A program made the position numbers and the translations under genes. The notes under the pieces are model-generated. The model was not told the origin of the DNA. It worked only from the letters and a program-made list of their open reading frames with translations, and did no database searches. From Malacoraja senta (Eukaryota), in the NCBI GenBank assembly GCA_038087875.1, contig JAXLNO010005563.1:1-64000 (forward strand): a DNA stretch of 64,000 bases, given 5' to 3'. Positions 24,231-37,185 of the stretch are shown one piece after another. Each line of letters opens with the position of its first letter. Positions within the stretch are counted from its first letter, which is position 1.

Positions 24231-26243
24231 CTCTCTCTGTAAATAATCAATAAATCACCACATAAACTGCACGTCTGGGGGAATAAACCTGGTAAAACTG
24301 AGGTAAAGTAAGTAAGTTTATTGGCCAAGTATTCACATACAAGGAATTTGCCTTGGTGCTCCGCCCACAAGTAACAACATGACATACAGTGACAGTAAAT
24401 AGTGTTATAATACAGTAAATAATATTAGAAACACACAGGGGAGCGGAATAAACCCGGTCTGGGGTAAAACTGGGGTAAATAATGTTATAAACACACAGGG
24501 GAACAAAATACACAAACAGCCCCACAGCCATCAGGATATTGAACTCAACTCAAACAAAACTCTAAATATTAATAGCCCATTATCAGTTTATTTGCACTTT
24601 ATCTGTTTTATTTATACATGTGTGTATATATTTATACAATGGTATATGGACACACTGATCTGTTCTGTATTCATGCCGTCTATATTCTTTTGTGCTGAAG
24701 CAAAGCAAGAATTTCATTGTCCTATCTGGGACACACGACAATAAACTCTCTTGAATCTTGAATAAACCCGGTCTGGGGTAAAACTGAGGTAAATAATGTT
24801 ATAAACACACAGGGGAGCGGAATAAACTGGGCTGTGGAGTCGTTCCCAAAACATCCGACCCCGACCCCTTGGTAAAATGATTCTAAATCTGCTGTGATGA
24901 CATAACACAAGTTGGCATTTCATAAGAACCACATGAATCCTCAGGCTGCCTTTTAAACCCATGTCCATAAAGTTTTGAGTCTAACGGTTGTATCTGTGCT
25001 ATTGTGGGTTTTTTTAAATGTTTATTCTTGAAATAAAAACCATAATTCATTATGATAAAAGAAAACAAAATGGCAGAAAGGACCATGACAAAATTAAAGT
25101 TCCATTGAATTAAGTAAAAATTATAAAAGCATTATTCCAAAATGTATTAAACTAAGGCCACAGGTATAAGCTAAATGGCTAAATTATGACAAAAAAAACA
25201 TCATGTGCATAGAAACCATAGAAAATAGGTGCAGGAGGAGGCCATTCGGCCCTTCGAGCCAGCACCGCCATTCATTGTGGTCATGGCTGATCGTCCCCAA
25301 TCAATAACCCGTGCCTGTCTTCTCCACATATCCCTTGATTCCACTAGCCCCTAGAGCTCTATCTAACTCTCTTAAATCCATCCAGTGATTTGGCCTCCAC
25401 AACCCTCTGTGTCAGGGAATTCCATAAATTCACAACTCTCTGGGTGAAAACGTTTTTTCTCACCTCAGTCTTAAATGACCTCCCCTTTATTCTAGGACTG
25501 TGGCACTTGGTTCTGGACTCGCCCAACATTGGGAACATTTTTCCTGCATCTAACTTGTCCAGTCCTTTTATAATTTTATATGTTTCCATAAGATAACCCC
25601 TCATCCTTCTAAACTCCAGTGAATACAAGCCTAGTCTTTTCAATCTTTCCTCATATGACAGTCCCGCCATCCCAGGGATCAATCTCGTGAACCTACGCTG
25701 CACTGCCTGAATCACAAGGATGTCCTTCCTCAAATTAGGAGACCAAAACTGTACACAATACGCCAGATGTGGTCTCACCAGAGACCTATACAACAGCAGA
25801 AGAACCTCTTTACTCCTATACTGAAATCCTCTTGTTATGAAGGCCAACATTCCATTAGCTTTCTTCACTGCCTGCTGTACCTGCACGCCAACTTTCAGTG
25901 ACCGGTGTACAAGGACGCCCAGGTCTCGCTGCACCTCCGCCTTACCTAACCTAACCCCATTGAGATAATAATCTGCCCCCTTGTATTTGCCGCCAAAGTG
26001 GATAACCTCACATGTATCTATATTATACTGCATCTGCCACGCATCTGCCCACTCACGCAACCTGTCCAGGTCACCCTGCAACCTCCTAACATCCTCTTCA
26101 CAGTTCACACTGCCACCCAGCTTTGTGTCATCCGCAATGGTGCAATAGAAATTAAAAGTAAATGCCTAGGTAGTTAAGTTTGCTACAAAAGTACATACCT
26201 AAAATGTATTAATAAAAGTCTGAGGAACAGAATTGCTTCTGTC

Positions 26244-26284
<41 letters not shown>

Positions 26285-28716
26285 TGTGTGTGTGTGTGTG
26301 TGTGGAGGTGGAAAGGGGGTGAAGTGAGTAGCGGGGGGAAACAGGCAGCAAAGGGAGGGGGAGGATTCAAGGGGGAGTGGGTTTGGTGGCGAGGGGGATG
26401 AATGGGGGGCAGGGAACTGGGGGGGAGATAGATGGGTCAAGTGAGCCAAGGAAGGGGGTAGGGAGCCAGGTGGGGGTGGGTTCACATTGTTTGGGGGTGG
26501 GGAGGAGAGGGGAGGGACCAAACGGGGGTAAGGAGCAGGAGGTGGCAGGGGTAAGGGGCAGGGAGCCACAGGGAGGAGGTCACATTGTTTGGGGTGGGGA
26601 GGGTGTTGCAGTTTAGGAAGTCAAACCAGGGCAGGGTCTTCACTGTGAATGGCGGGGCGCTGGGGGAATGTGTGGAGCCGAGGGATCTAGGAGCGCAAGT
26701 ACGAGTTGGGCCGAAGGGCCTCTTTCCAACGCTGTATCACTCTGTGAATCTATGACAAAGTGCTGACGTAATTCAACGGGTCAGGCAGCATCTGTGGAGA
26801 AGATAGACACAAAGTGCTGGAGTAACTCAGCGGGTCAGGCAGCATCTGTGGAGAGAAGGAATGGGTGACATTTTGGCTCGAGACCCTTCTTTGGTTTAGT
26901 TTAGTTTAGAGATGCAGCGCAGGAAACCCCCCCTCTCTGTAAATAATCAATAAATCACCACATAAACTGCACGTCTGGGGGAATAAACCGGGTAAATCTG
27001 GGGTTAATAATGTTATAAACACACAGGGGAGCGGAATAAACCCGGTCTGGGGTAAAACTGAGGTAAATAATGTTATAAACACAGGGGAGCGGAATAAACC
27101 CGGTAAAACTGGGGTAAAGTAACTCAGTTTATTGGCCAAGTATTCACATACAAGGAATTTGCGTTGGTGCCCCGCCCACAAGTAACAACATGACATACAG
27201 TGACAGTAAATAATGTTATAATACAGTAAATAATATTAGAAACACACAGGGGAGCGGAATAAACCCGGTCTGGGGGTAAATAATGTTATAAACACACAGG
27301 GGAACAAAATACACAAACAGCCTCACAGCCATCAGGATATTGAACTCAACTCAAACAAAACTCTGATCATTAATAGCCCATTATCAGTTTATGTGTGTAT
27401 ATATTTATACAATGGTATATGGAGACACTGATCTGTTCTGTATTCATGCCGTCTATATTCTTTTGTGCTGAAGCAAAGCAAGAATTTCATTGTCCTATCT
27501 GGGACACACGACAATAAACTCTCTTGAATCTTGAATAAACCCGGTCTGGGGTAAAACTGAGGTAAATAATGTTATAAACAGACAGGGGAGCAAATTAAAC
27601 CCGGTCTGGGGTAAAACTGGGGTAAATAATGTTATAAACACACAGGGGAGTGGAATAAACTGGGCTGTGGAGTCGTTCCCAAAACATCCGACCCCGACCC
27701 CTCGGTAAAATAATTCTAAATCTGCTGTGATGACATTACACAAGTTGCCATTTCATAAGAACCACATGAATCCTCAGGCTGCCTTTTAAACCCATGTCCA
27801 TAAAGTTTTGTGTCTAACGGTTGTATCTGTGCTATTGTGGCTTTTTTTAAATGTTTATTCTTGAAATAAAAACCATAATTCATTATGCTAAAAGAAAACA
27901 AAATGGCAGAAATGACAATGACAAAATTAAAATTCCATTGAATTAAGTAAAAATTATAAAAGCATTACTCCAAAATGTATTAAACTAAGGCCACAGGTAT
28001 GAGCTAAATGGCTAAATTATGACAACAAAAAATCTCATGTGCATAGAAACCATAGAAAATAGGTGCAGGAGGAGGCCATTCGGCCCTTCGATCCAGCACC
28101 GCCATTCATTGTGATCATGGCTGATCGTCCCCTATCAATAACCCGTGCCTGCCTTCTCCACATATCCCTTGACACCACTAGCCCCAAGGTTGCGAGGGAG
28201 ATGAACTGGGGGGGGGGGGGAGATAGAGGGGTCAAGTGAGTCAAGGAATGGTGTAGGGAGCCCGGTGGGGGTGGGTTCACATTGTTTGGGGGTGGGGAGG
28301 ATGGGGGAGGGAGCAAAGGGGGGTAAGGAGCCGTATGTGGCAGGGGTAAGGGGCAGGGAGCCACAGGGAGGAAGTCACATTGGGGGTGGGGAGGGTGTTG
28401 CAGTTTAGGAAGTCAAACCAGGGCAGGGTCTTCACTGTGAATGGCGGGGCGCTGGCGGAATGTGTGGAGCCGAGGGATCTAGGAGTGCAAGTACGAGTTG
28501 GGCCGAAGGGCCTCTTTCCAACGCTGTATCACTCTATGAATCTATGACAAAGTGCTGGAGTAATTCAGCGGGTCAGGCAGCATCTGTGGAGAAGATAGAC
28601 ACAAAGTGTTTGAGTAACTCAGCGGGTCAGGCAGCATCTGTGGAGAGAAGGAATGGGTGACATTTTGGGTCGAGACCCTTCTTTGGTTTAGTTTAGTTTA
28701 GAGATGCAGCGCGGAA
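24231..28716. repeat. Local tandem duplication (copy A ~24231-26925, copy B ~26933-28716)
   Basis: Colinear blocks (60-bp repeats, Rex tail, AT-rich spacer, CR1 tail, G-rich tract, Penelope repeats) with scattered substitutions. B lacks ~1 kb present in A. Confidence 0.88.
25210..26137 (-). mobile_element. CR1 LINE 3' ~0.9 kb
   Basis: ORF 25359-26108: [17 protein letters not shown]...[14 protein letters not shown]. Confidence 0.9.
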
Positions 28717-28995
28717 ACAGATCTTTCGGACCACGGACTCTGCGGCGACCAGCGATCACCCCGTACACTAGCACTATCCTACGCACATCAGGGACGATTT
28801 AACAATTTTGCGGAGTCCGATTAATTTACAACCCTGAACGTCTTTGAAATGTTGGAGGAAACTGGAGCACCCGGAGTAAAAACCCACGCAGGTCAAGGGA
28901 AGAATGTGCAAACTCTGCACAGACAGCACCCGTAGTCAGGATCGAGCCTGGGTCTCTGGCGGTGAGGCAGCAACTGTACCGCTGCGCCCCTGTGC
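28700..28995 (-). mobile_element. HE1/V-SINE-like SINE
   Basis: A/B-box head (GGCTCGATCC) and core on minus. Confidence 0.75.
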
Positions 28996-29228
28996 CGCGC
29001 AGAATTATATAACGGTTTCCTCCACCATAAATGCACCCAATATGTGCTAGTAATGTCCTGTTTGCCGGCTTGTTGACCGTCTGTGTTCCCCTCCTACAGG
29101 GTTTAGGAGTCGTTGCTGTGGAGGGAGAGACGGTGACGTGAGCGTCCATTGAGGGCGGCCAGGGTGCCGGTGAGCCCCCCCCCCCCCATCTGCTCGGTGT
29201 GGGCTGAGCTTCGAGGGGCTGAGATTCG

Positions 29229-30941
29229 ATGGGGTACCACATGACCGGGCACAACAAGGAGAAGCGATATGGGTGTGATGTGTGTGGCAAGGCCTGCCGG
29301 TGCCCGAGCCGGCTGGACATCCACCGGCGGGTGCACACGGGAAAACGCCCCTTCGACGGCTCGTGCGACAAGAGCTTCAAGATGGTGAAACAGCTGAAGA
29401 TGCACCAGCGGGTTCACACTGGCGAGAAGCCCTATTGCTGCGGCACCTTCGGCAAGAACTTTGCCCAGTTGTCGGGGCTGAGGAACCACCAGCGGGTGCA
29501 CAGCAGTGAGCAGCCCTTCACCTGCTCCGACTGCGGCAAAGGCTTCAAGTCGTCGCTGGACCTGAAGGTGCACAGGCGTGTGCACACCGGGGAGCGGCCC
29601 TACACCTGCGTCCAGTGCGGCAAGGGTTTCGCCCTCTCCGGCAAACTGCTATCCCATCAGCGCACCCACACCGGCGAGCGCCCCTACACCTGCAGCTACT
29701 GTGGCAAGGGCTTCACCCAGTCTAATTACCTGCTGTCCCACCAGCGCACCCACACTGGCGAGCGCCCCTACACCTGCACCCAGTGTGGCAAGGGTTTCAC
29801 CCTCTCCGGCAGCCTGCTGAGGCACCAGCGCACCCACACCGGCGAGCGCCCCTACATCTGCGTCCAGTGCGGCAAGGGCTTCACACAGTCCAGTCACCTG
29901 CTGTCACACCAGCGCACCCACACCGGCGAGCGTCCCTACACCTGCAGCTACTGCGACAAGGGCTTCATCTGCTCCAGTCAACTGCTGTCCCACCAGCGCA
30001 CCCACACCGGCGAGCGTCCATTCACCTGCAGCTACTGCGACAAGAGCTTCATCTGCTCCAGCCACCTGCTGTCCCACCAGCGCACGCACACCGGCGAGCG
30101 CCCCTTCACCTGCACCCAGTGCGGCAAGGGTTTCACCCTCTCCGGCAGCCTGCTGAGGCACCAGCGCACCCACACCGGCGAGCGCCCCTACACCTGCATC
30201 CAGTGTGGCAAGGGTTTCACCCTCTCCAGCAGCCTGCGGTCCCACCAGCGCACCCACACCGGTGAGCGCCCCTACACCTGCATCCAGTGCGGCAAGGGTT
30301 TCACCCTCTCCAGCAGCCTGCGGTCCCACCAGCGCACCCACACCGGCGAGCGTCCCTACACCTGCAGCTACTGCGGCAAGGGCTTCATCTGCTCCAGCCA
30401 CCTGCTGTCCCACCAGCGCACCCACACCGGCGAGCGCCCCTACACCTGCGCCCAGTGCAGCAAGGGTTTCACCCTCTCCGGCAGCCGGCTGAGGCACCAG
30501 CGCACCCACACCGGCGAGCGCCCCTACACCTGCATCCAGTGTGGCAAGGGTTTCAACCTTTCCAGCAGCCTGCGGTCCCACCAGCGCACCCACACCGGTG
30601 AGCGCCCGTACACCTGCGTCCAGTGCGGCAAGGGCTTCGCCAGCTCCACCAGACTGCTGTCCCACCAGCGGGTGCACACCGGCGACCGTCCCGTCCCCAG
30701 CCCGGTGTGTGGAGTGCGCTTTACCATGGCCTCCAACGCCCTGTCTCACCAGTGCGTGCACACCAGTGGCCAGCCCTACGACTGCCCGTACTGCGGTGAG
30801 GAGTTTGACAGCTCGCGGGGGTTGCGGCAGCACCGGCGGAACCACGCCGGCGAGCAGCTGCTCCCACTGCGACAAGAGGGCATGGGGTCTGCGGGAGCAT
30901 CAGCGGTTACACACCGGAGAGAGACCTTATGTGTGCGCTGA
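29229..30941 (+). CDS. Tandem C2H2 zinc-finger protein (~19 finger units in this ORF, about 16 intact), possibly pseudogenising
   Basis: 570-aa ORF of CxxC-x12-HxxxH units with TGERPY linkers. Acceptor ctcctacAG at 29098-99. Fingers 2, 3 and 18 lack a Cys. Further finger remnants continue in another frame to 31086. Confidence 0.9.
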   Translation: MGYHMTGHNKEKRYGCDVCGKACRCPSRLDIHRRVHTGKRPFDGSCDKSFKMVKQLKMHQRVHTGEKPYCCGTFGKNFAQLSGLRNHQRVHSSEQPFTCSDCGKGFKSSLDLKVHRRVHTGERPYTCVQCGKGFALSGKLLSHQRTHTGERPYTCSYCGKGFTQSNYLLSHQRTHTGERPYTCTQCGKGFTLSGSLLRHQRTHTGERPYICVQCGKGFTQSSHLLSHQRTHTGERPYTCSYCDKGFICSSQLLSHQRTHTGERPFTCSYCDKSFICSSHLLSHQRTHTGERPFTCTQCGKGFTLSGSLLRHQRTHTGERPYTCIQCGKGFTLSSSLRSHQRTHTGERPYTCIQCGKGFTLSSSLRSHQRTHTGERPYTCSYCGKGFICSSHLLSHQRTHTGERPYTCAQCSKGFTLSGSRLRHQRTHTGERPYTCIQCGKGFNLSSSLRSHQRTHTGERPYTCVQCGKGFASSTRLLSHQRVHTGDRPVPSPVCGVRFTMASNALSHQCVHTSGQPYDCPYCGEEFDSSRGLRQHRRNHAGEQLLPLRQEGMGSAGASAVTHRRETLCVR

Positions 30942-31084
30942 GTGTGGCAAGGGTTTCACCCGCCTTGACCACCTGCTGGAGCACCGACGAGTCCACATCG
31001 GCCAGCGCCCCTTCACCTGCCTGCTCTGCAGCAAGATCTTTGCCCGCACCTCCAGCCTGCTGGCACACCGCCACGTGGATAGAT

Positions 31085-32020
31085 AGGGGCTGTTTAGGAA
31101 GACACAAAATGCTGGAAGGAATGGGTAACGTTTCAGGGTCGAGACCCATCTTCAATGTCGACGTGAAACATCACCCATTCCTTGTCTCCAGAGATGCTGC
31201 CTGTCCCGCTGAGTTACTCCAGCACTCTGAAATGTCACCTATCCCTGTTCTCCAGAGATGCTGCCTGACCCGCTGAGTTACTCCAGCACTCTGTGACTGT
31301 CACCTATCCATGTTCTCCACAGATGCTGCCTGACCCGCTGAGTTATTCCAGCACTCTTTGTTAGTCATAGAGTGATACAGTGTGGAAACAGGCCCTTCGG
31401 CCCAACTTGCCCACACCGACTAACATGTCCCAGCTACACTAGACCCACCTGCCTGTGCTTGCCCATGTCCTCTGGTCCTCGATCCCCCCCACTCTGGGCA
31501 AGAGATTCTGTGCATCTAACTAAATTGTGTTCTATGCAAGATTCCAGCATCTGCAGTATCATGTGTCTCCCTCACCTATATCCACCTATCACTTCTGAAG
31601 AAGCGTCTCAACCTGAAACGTCACCCATTCCTTCTCTCTAGAGATGCTGCCTGTCCCGCTGAGTTACTCCAGCATCTTGTGTCCACCTGTCACTTGCCAG
31701 GCTTTGTGCAGCCCCCATCTCTCTTTTCCAGCTTCCTCCCCCCACCCTCTCCACTCAGTCTGAAGAAGGGTCCTGACTCAAAACGTCGTCTGTCCTTTCC
31801 CTCTAAAGCAGTGGAGGAACTCAGTAGGTCAGGCCGCATCTGTAGAGGGAAGGGAATCTAAGGCGACCACTCCCTCCTCTCCTTTCCAACTTTCTCCACC
31901 CCCCACACCAAGCAGTCTGAAGAAGGGTCCTGACCTAGAATGTTGCCTGTCCATGCTCTCCAGACATGCAAGTTACTCCAGGAGATTGTGTCTCTCTTTG
32001 TAAACCGGCATCTGCTTTTC
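31085..32020. repeat. Cluster of Penelope-terminal-derived repeats, including ~64-bp tandem units
   Basis: Repeated CTCCAGAGATGCTGCCTG..CCGCTGAGTTACTCCAGCA and CTGAAGAAGGG..GAAACGTC. Confidence 0.75.
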
Positions 32021-32029
32021 CTTCTTTAC

Positions 32030-33480
32030 GTATGTGAAGAGGAAATCATTAGTTAAGAGCAAAGTTGGACTCTTGAAGACCGAAAAAGGTGAATTTATTA
32101 TGGGGAACAAGGAAATGGCAGATGAGTTGAACATTTATTTTGGATCCGTCTTCACTAAGGAGGACACAAACAATCTTCCTGATGTACTAGTGGCCAGAGG
32201 ATCTGGGGTGACGGAGGAACTGAAGGAAATCCACATTAGGCAGGAAATGGTGTTGGATAGACTGATGGGACTGTAGGCTGATAAATCCCCAGGGCCTGAT
32301 GGTCTGCATCCCAGAATACTTAAGGAAGTGGTTCTAGAAATTGTGGACGCATTGGTGATCATTTTCCAATGTTCCATAGATTCAGGATCAGTTGCTGTGG
32401 ATTGGAGGGTAGCTAATGTTACCCCACTTTTTAAGAAAGGCGGGAGAGAGAAAGCAGGGAATTATAGACCAGTTAGCCTGACATCGGTGGTGGGGAAGAT
32501 GCTGGAGTCAATTATAAAAGATGAAATAGCCGCATATTTGGATAGCAGTAACAGGATCGGTCCGAGTCAGCATGGATTTACAAAGGGGAAATCATGCTTG
32601 ACTAATCTTCTGGAATTTTTTGAGGTTGTAACTAGGAAAATGGACTTGGGAGAGCCAGTGGATGTAGTGTACCTGGAGTTCCAGAAAGCATTTGATAAGG
32701 TTCCACATGGAAGTTTAGTGGGCAAATTTAGGGCACAGGGTATTGGAGGTAGAGTGCTGACACGGATAGAAAATTGGTTGGCAGACAGGAAACACAGAGT
32801 AGGGATTAACGGGTCCATTTCAAAATGGCAGGCAGTGACTAGTGGGGTGCCGCAAGGCTCGGTACTGCGACTGCAGCTATTTACCATATACATCAATGAA
32901 GAGATTTAAAAGTAACATTAGCAAATTTGCAGATGACACAAAGCTGGGTGGCAGTGTGAACTGTGAGGAGGATGCTATGAGAATGCAGGGTGACTTGGAC
33001 AGGTTGGGGGAGTGGGCAGATGCATGGCAGATGCAGTTTAATGTGGATAAATGAGGTAGATTATTATCTAAATGGTGTCAAGTTGGGAAATGTGGAGGTA
33101 CAACGGGATCTGGGGGTCCTTGTTCCTCAGTGACTGAAAGTAAGCATATAAGTAATTTAGGGCATAGGGTATTGGGAGTAGAGTGCTGACATGGATAGAA
33201 AATTGGTTGGCAGACAGGAAACACAGAGTAGGGATTAACGGGTCACAGACTGGGAAACATTCTGTAAAAGGGCTGGATGGTTTGGAGTTTGTAAAATGTG
33301 TGCAGGATAGTTTTTGCAGCAATACATAGAAGGTACCTACTAGAGAAGGGGCAGTGCTGGACCTCCTGTTAGGAAATGAGACAGGTCAGTTGACGGAGGT
33401 ATGTGTTGGGGAGCACTTCGGGTCCAGTGCTCACAATACCATTAGTTTCAATATAATTATGGAGAAGGTCAGAACTGGAT
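32030..33480 (+). mobile_element. CR1 ORF2 fragments (RT, a duplicated segment, an endonuclease piece)
   Basis: [34 protein letters not shown]. 33157-33245 duplicates 32727-32815. EN piece (PTREGAVLDL) at 33250-33480. Confidence 0.88.
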
Positions 33481-34794
33481 TTCCCGGTTCCCAACCATTT
33501 TAACTCCCCTTCCTACTCCCACACTGATGTTTCTGTCCTGGGCCTCCATTGCCAGAGTGAGGTGACACGCAAACTGGAGGAACAGCACCTCATAGCTTAC
33601 AGCCCAATGACATGACCATTGAATTCTCCAAATTAAGGAAACTCCCCTCTCCTAATCAAGTCCTGGAGTCTGTCCCAACCGCCTCTCTTTTTCCAGCTTT
33701 CTCCCCCGACTCCATCAGTCCAAAGAAGGGTCCAGACCTGACACGTCGCCTGTCCATTCCCCTCCAAAGTGCCGGTAGTACTCAGCAGGTCAGCCATCCG
33801 GGGTGAGAACTTTGGCCCTTCCAGCCAGCACCGCCATTCAATGTGATTCCGCTGTGCTGGATGTTTATGTTAGATTTTATTTTATGTGGCTGTGTGTCTT
33901 GTTGCTTTTTACTCAGTATGGCTGTACGGTAACTCAAATATCACTGTACCATAATTGGTGCATGTGACAATAAATTCCAACTTGAACTTGGTCAGCTTTT
34001 GTCTATATATTAAAAAAAGGATAATGCTGACTGATCGTGCACAATTGTGACGGCTTGATTTTAAAGACAGGACAGGACAGGGGCATTCCCTGAGGGATTC
34101 GTGTGGTTGGAAGAGGTTTCGTCTGTGTTTTTCCCCTCGGTTGTTGTCCGGGGAGGAAGGCGGCGGAACTCGGCCCGTCGGGGCTAGGATGCGCGGGAGG
34201 AAGGCTGAGCTTGGGTTGAGGCTTGGAAGGCTGAGCTCGCCTCCCCTGCCCCGACCCGCATCGGGTCCACCACGGAGGGGGAAGCGATCAAACTCCACAC
34301 GGAGAGCGTCGGTGGTTGCCCTGCCCGGCGACAGGCCCTTCGGCCCCTCGTCCGTGCTACCTCGGGCTTTCTGCAACACAATCTTGCACTGTTCTGCCCT
34401 GGATATTGCATTTATTGCGTTTGTCATCACTGTATGTACACTGTTTGCTCTGGCGGCTGCGTGTGAACGGGCGATTTCATCGTCTCCCGATCGATGTGCA
34501 GAACAACAAACTAATGAAGCATCTGGAACACAGTTCTCCTGGGTTGCTGCAGGCTGAAGCATCAAACTACCCTGTTGAGCCCCGTCAGTCCCACAGCACA
34601 GAAACACATAGCCATGCCTATCGAAGCTCGTCCCAAATGCCCACGTCTGGCCCCTCACCCTCTCTGCCTTTCCCACTCATGTCTTTAGAAAGGAGATGAG
34701 GAGGAATTTCATTAGCCAGAGGGTGGTGAATCTGTGGAATTCATTGCCACAGAGGGCGGTGGAGGCCAAGTCACTGGGTATTGTTTAGATTTTA

Positions 34795-35080
34795 GAGATA
34801 CTGCGCGGAAACAGGCCCTTCGGCCCATCGAGTCATCGCCGACCAGTGATCACCCCGTACACTAACTCCATCCTACACACATTAGGGACAATTTTACAGA
34901 AGCCAATTAATCTACAAACCAGCAGGTCTTTGGACTGCGGAAGGAAACCGGAGCACCCGGAGAAAACCCACGCAGGTCACGGGGAGAACGTGCAAACTCC
35001 GTACAGACAGCACCCATATTCAGGATGGAACCCGGGTCTCTGGCGCTGTGAGGCAGCAACTCTACCGCTGCACCACTGTG
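34795..35080 (-). mobile_element. HE1/V-SINE-like SINE
   Basis: GGTGCAGCGGTAGAGTTGCTGCCTCACAGCGCCAGAGACCCGGGTTCCATCC head on minus. Confidence 0.82.
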
Positions 35081-35304
35081 TATTTTTGCTGTATCATTTC
35101 TTTTATTACTCACACCAGCAGAGTTGTGCACAAATGGTTCACATTAATAATGTCAATCTGAGTGGCAACTTTTCCACACAGAGGGTGGTGGGTGTTTGGA
35201 ATGAGCTGCCGGAGGAGATAGTTGAGGCAGGGACTATCACAATGTTTAAGAGACACTTGGATAGGACAGGTTTGGAGGGATATGGGCCAAACGCGGGCAA
35301 GTGG

Positions 35305-35985
35305 GACTAGTGTACATTGGGCATGTTGGTCGGGGTGGGACTATTGTAGATGGGGCATGTTGGTCGGGGTGGGACTAGTGTAGATGGGGCATGTTGGTCG
35401 GGTTGGGACTAGTGTAGATGGGGCATGTTGGTCGGGGTGGGACTAGTGTAGATGGGGCATGTTCATTAGGGTGGGACTAGTGTCGATGGGGCATGTTGGT
35501 CGGGGTGGGACTAGTGTAGATGGGGCATGTTGGTCGGGTTGGGACTAGTGTAGATGGGGCATGTTGGTTGAGGTGGGACTAGTGTAGATGGTAATGTTGG
35601 TCAGGGTGGGACTGGTGTGGATGGGGCATGTTGGTCGGGGTGGGGCTAGTGTAGATGGGGCATGTTGGTCAGGGTGGGACTAGTGTAGATGGGGCATGTT
35701 GGTCGGGGTGGGACAAGTGTAGGTGGGGCATGTTGGTCGGGGTGGGACTAGTGTAGATGGGGCATGTTGGTCGGGGTGGGACTGGTGTAGATGGGGCATG
35801 TTGGTCGGGGTGGGGCTAGTGTAGATGGGGTATGTTGGTCGGGGTGGGACTAGTGTAGATGGGGCAAGTTGGTCGGGGTGGGACTAGTGTAGATGGGGCA
35901 TGTTGGTTGGGGTGGGACTAGTGTAGATGGGGCATGTTGGTCGGGGTGGGGCTAGTGTAGTTGGGGCATGTTGGTCGGGGCGGAC
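35305..35985 (+). repeat. 34-bp minisatellite (GGGACTAGTGTAGATGGGGCATGTTGGTCGGGGT, ~20 copies) within a CR1-type 3' UTR
   Basis: Direct inspection; LINE tail sequence enters at ~35165 and exits at ~35985-36030. Confidence 0.92.
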
Positions 35986-36464
35986 AAGTTGGGCCGAAGG
36001 AAGGGCCTGTTTCCATGCTGTGACTCTATGAACTTCCAAGAGTAACATTCTCCTTTCTCTGGGTCATTCATTGTTAATAAAGAAAGTTTACTTTTCCGGT
36101 ATAAATGTCCACAGTAAAGTGTAGTCAGAAGTGAGCCCACCTGCTTCAGCCACGATGAATTAACAAATCATCACTATTCACTTCTCAGACATTAGAATTG
36201 GTCAGAACATTCCCCCCACCGTGACCCTCGACACCATGGGGTCATGACCTTGCCACCCACAACTTGTGGCCAGGTCTCAGGCCAATGGGATCGAGACGTC
36301 CGTCCACTGGTCAGAACAGTATTTCAGCCACATGAGCAGCAAAGATGAGATAGAGTATGGGAAAGACATTGAGACCCTTCTGTCCTGAAGGGCCGAATGG
36401 CACACTCCTGCACCTATGGTCAGGATAACAATCCATCCCTCAGCATCAGCAAGACAAAAGAGTT

Positions 36465-36930
36465 AGCGTTTACAAGAACGATCCCAGGAACGAGTGGGTT
36501 AACGTACGATGAGCGTTTGTCGGCGCTGGGCCTGTACTCGCTGGAGTTTAGAAGATTGGGGGGGGTGGGGGCATTGAAACGTCACCGAACAGTGAAAGGC
36601 CCGGATAGAGTGGATGTGGAGAGGATGTTTCCACTAATGGGAGTGTCTCGGACCAGTGGGCACAGCCTCAGATTTAGACTTTCCTTTAGGAAGGAGATGA
36701 GGAGGAATTTCTTTAGCCAGAGGGTGGTGAATCTGTGGGATTCATTGCCACAGACGGCAGTGGAGGCCACAAGTCAGTGGATATATTTAAGGCAGAGATA
36801 GATAGATTGTTGATGAGTGCGGGTGTCAGGGGTTATGGGGAGAAGGCAGGAGAATGGGGTTAGGAGGGAGAGATAGATCAGCCATGATTGAATGGTGGGG
36901 TAGAATCGATGGGCCGAATGGCCTAATTCT
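36465..36930 (+). mobile_element. CR1 LINE 3' fragment
   Basis: [20 protein letters not shown]...FFSQRVVNLW. Confidence 0.82.
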
Positions 36931-37185
36931 GATTCTGCGTGTCGTCTCTGACTTAAGGAAATGCAAGCAGCCACTTTGTGTAAAAAGCAACAAGTCGGAG
37001 GGCAATTATTCTCCTGCAGACATCTACTGCCCCAGGTCGATATCATGATGTGTGCAACAAACATTGATTAGCTACTGGTGGGCGAATGGTTAATGTGGTA
37101 ATCAGCTTGATTGAAGCTGATTAGAAAATTGTCAGCTGCTGTGTATAAAAGGGGGAGTTGTGGGAGTGTTTGAGTGTAGTTTTCC

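Noticed and set aside
29904-30875. 323-aa antisense and alternative-frame ORFs over the ZF gene
   Set aside because: Shadows of the GC-rich 84-bp repeat.
33909-34676. 255-aa minus-strand ORF
   Set aside because: It crosses a LINE tail and GC-rich repeat-like pieces, with no recognisable domain or splice support.
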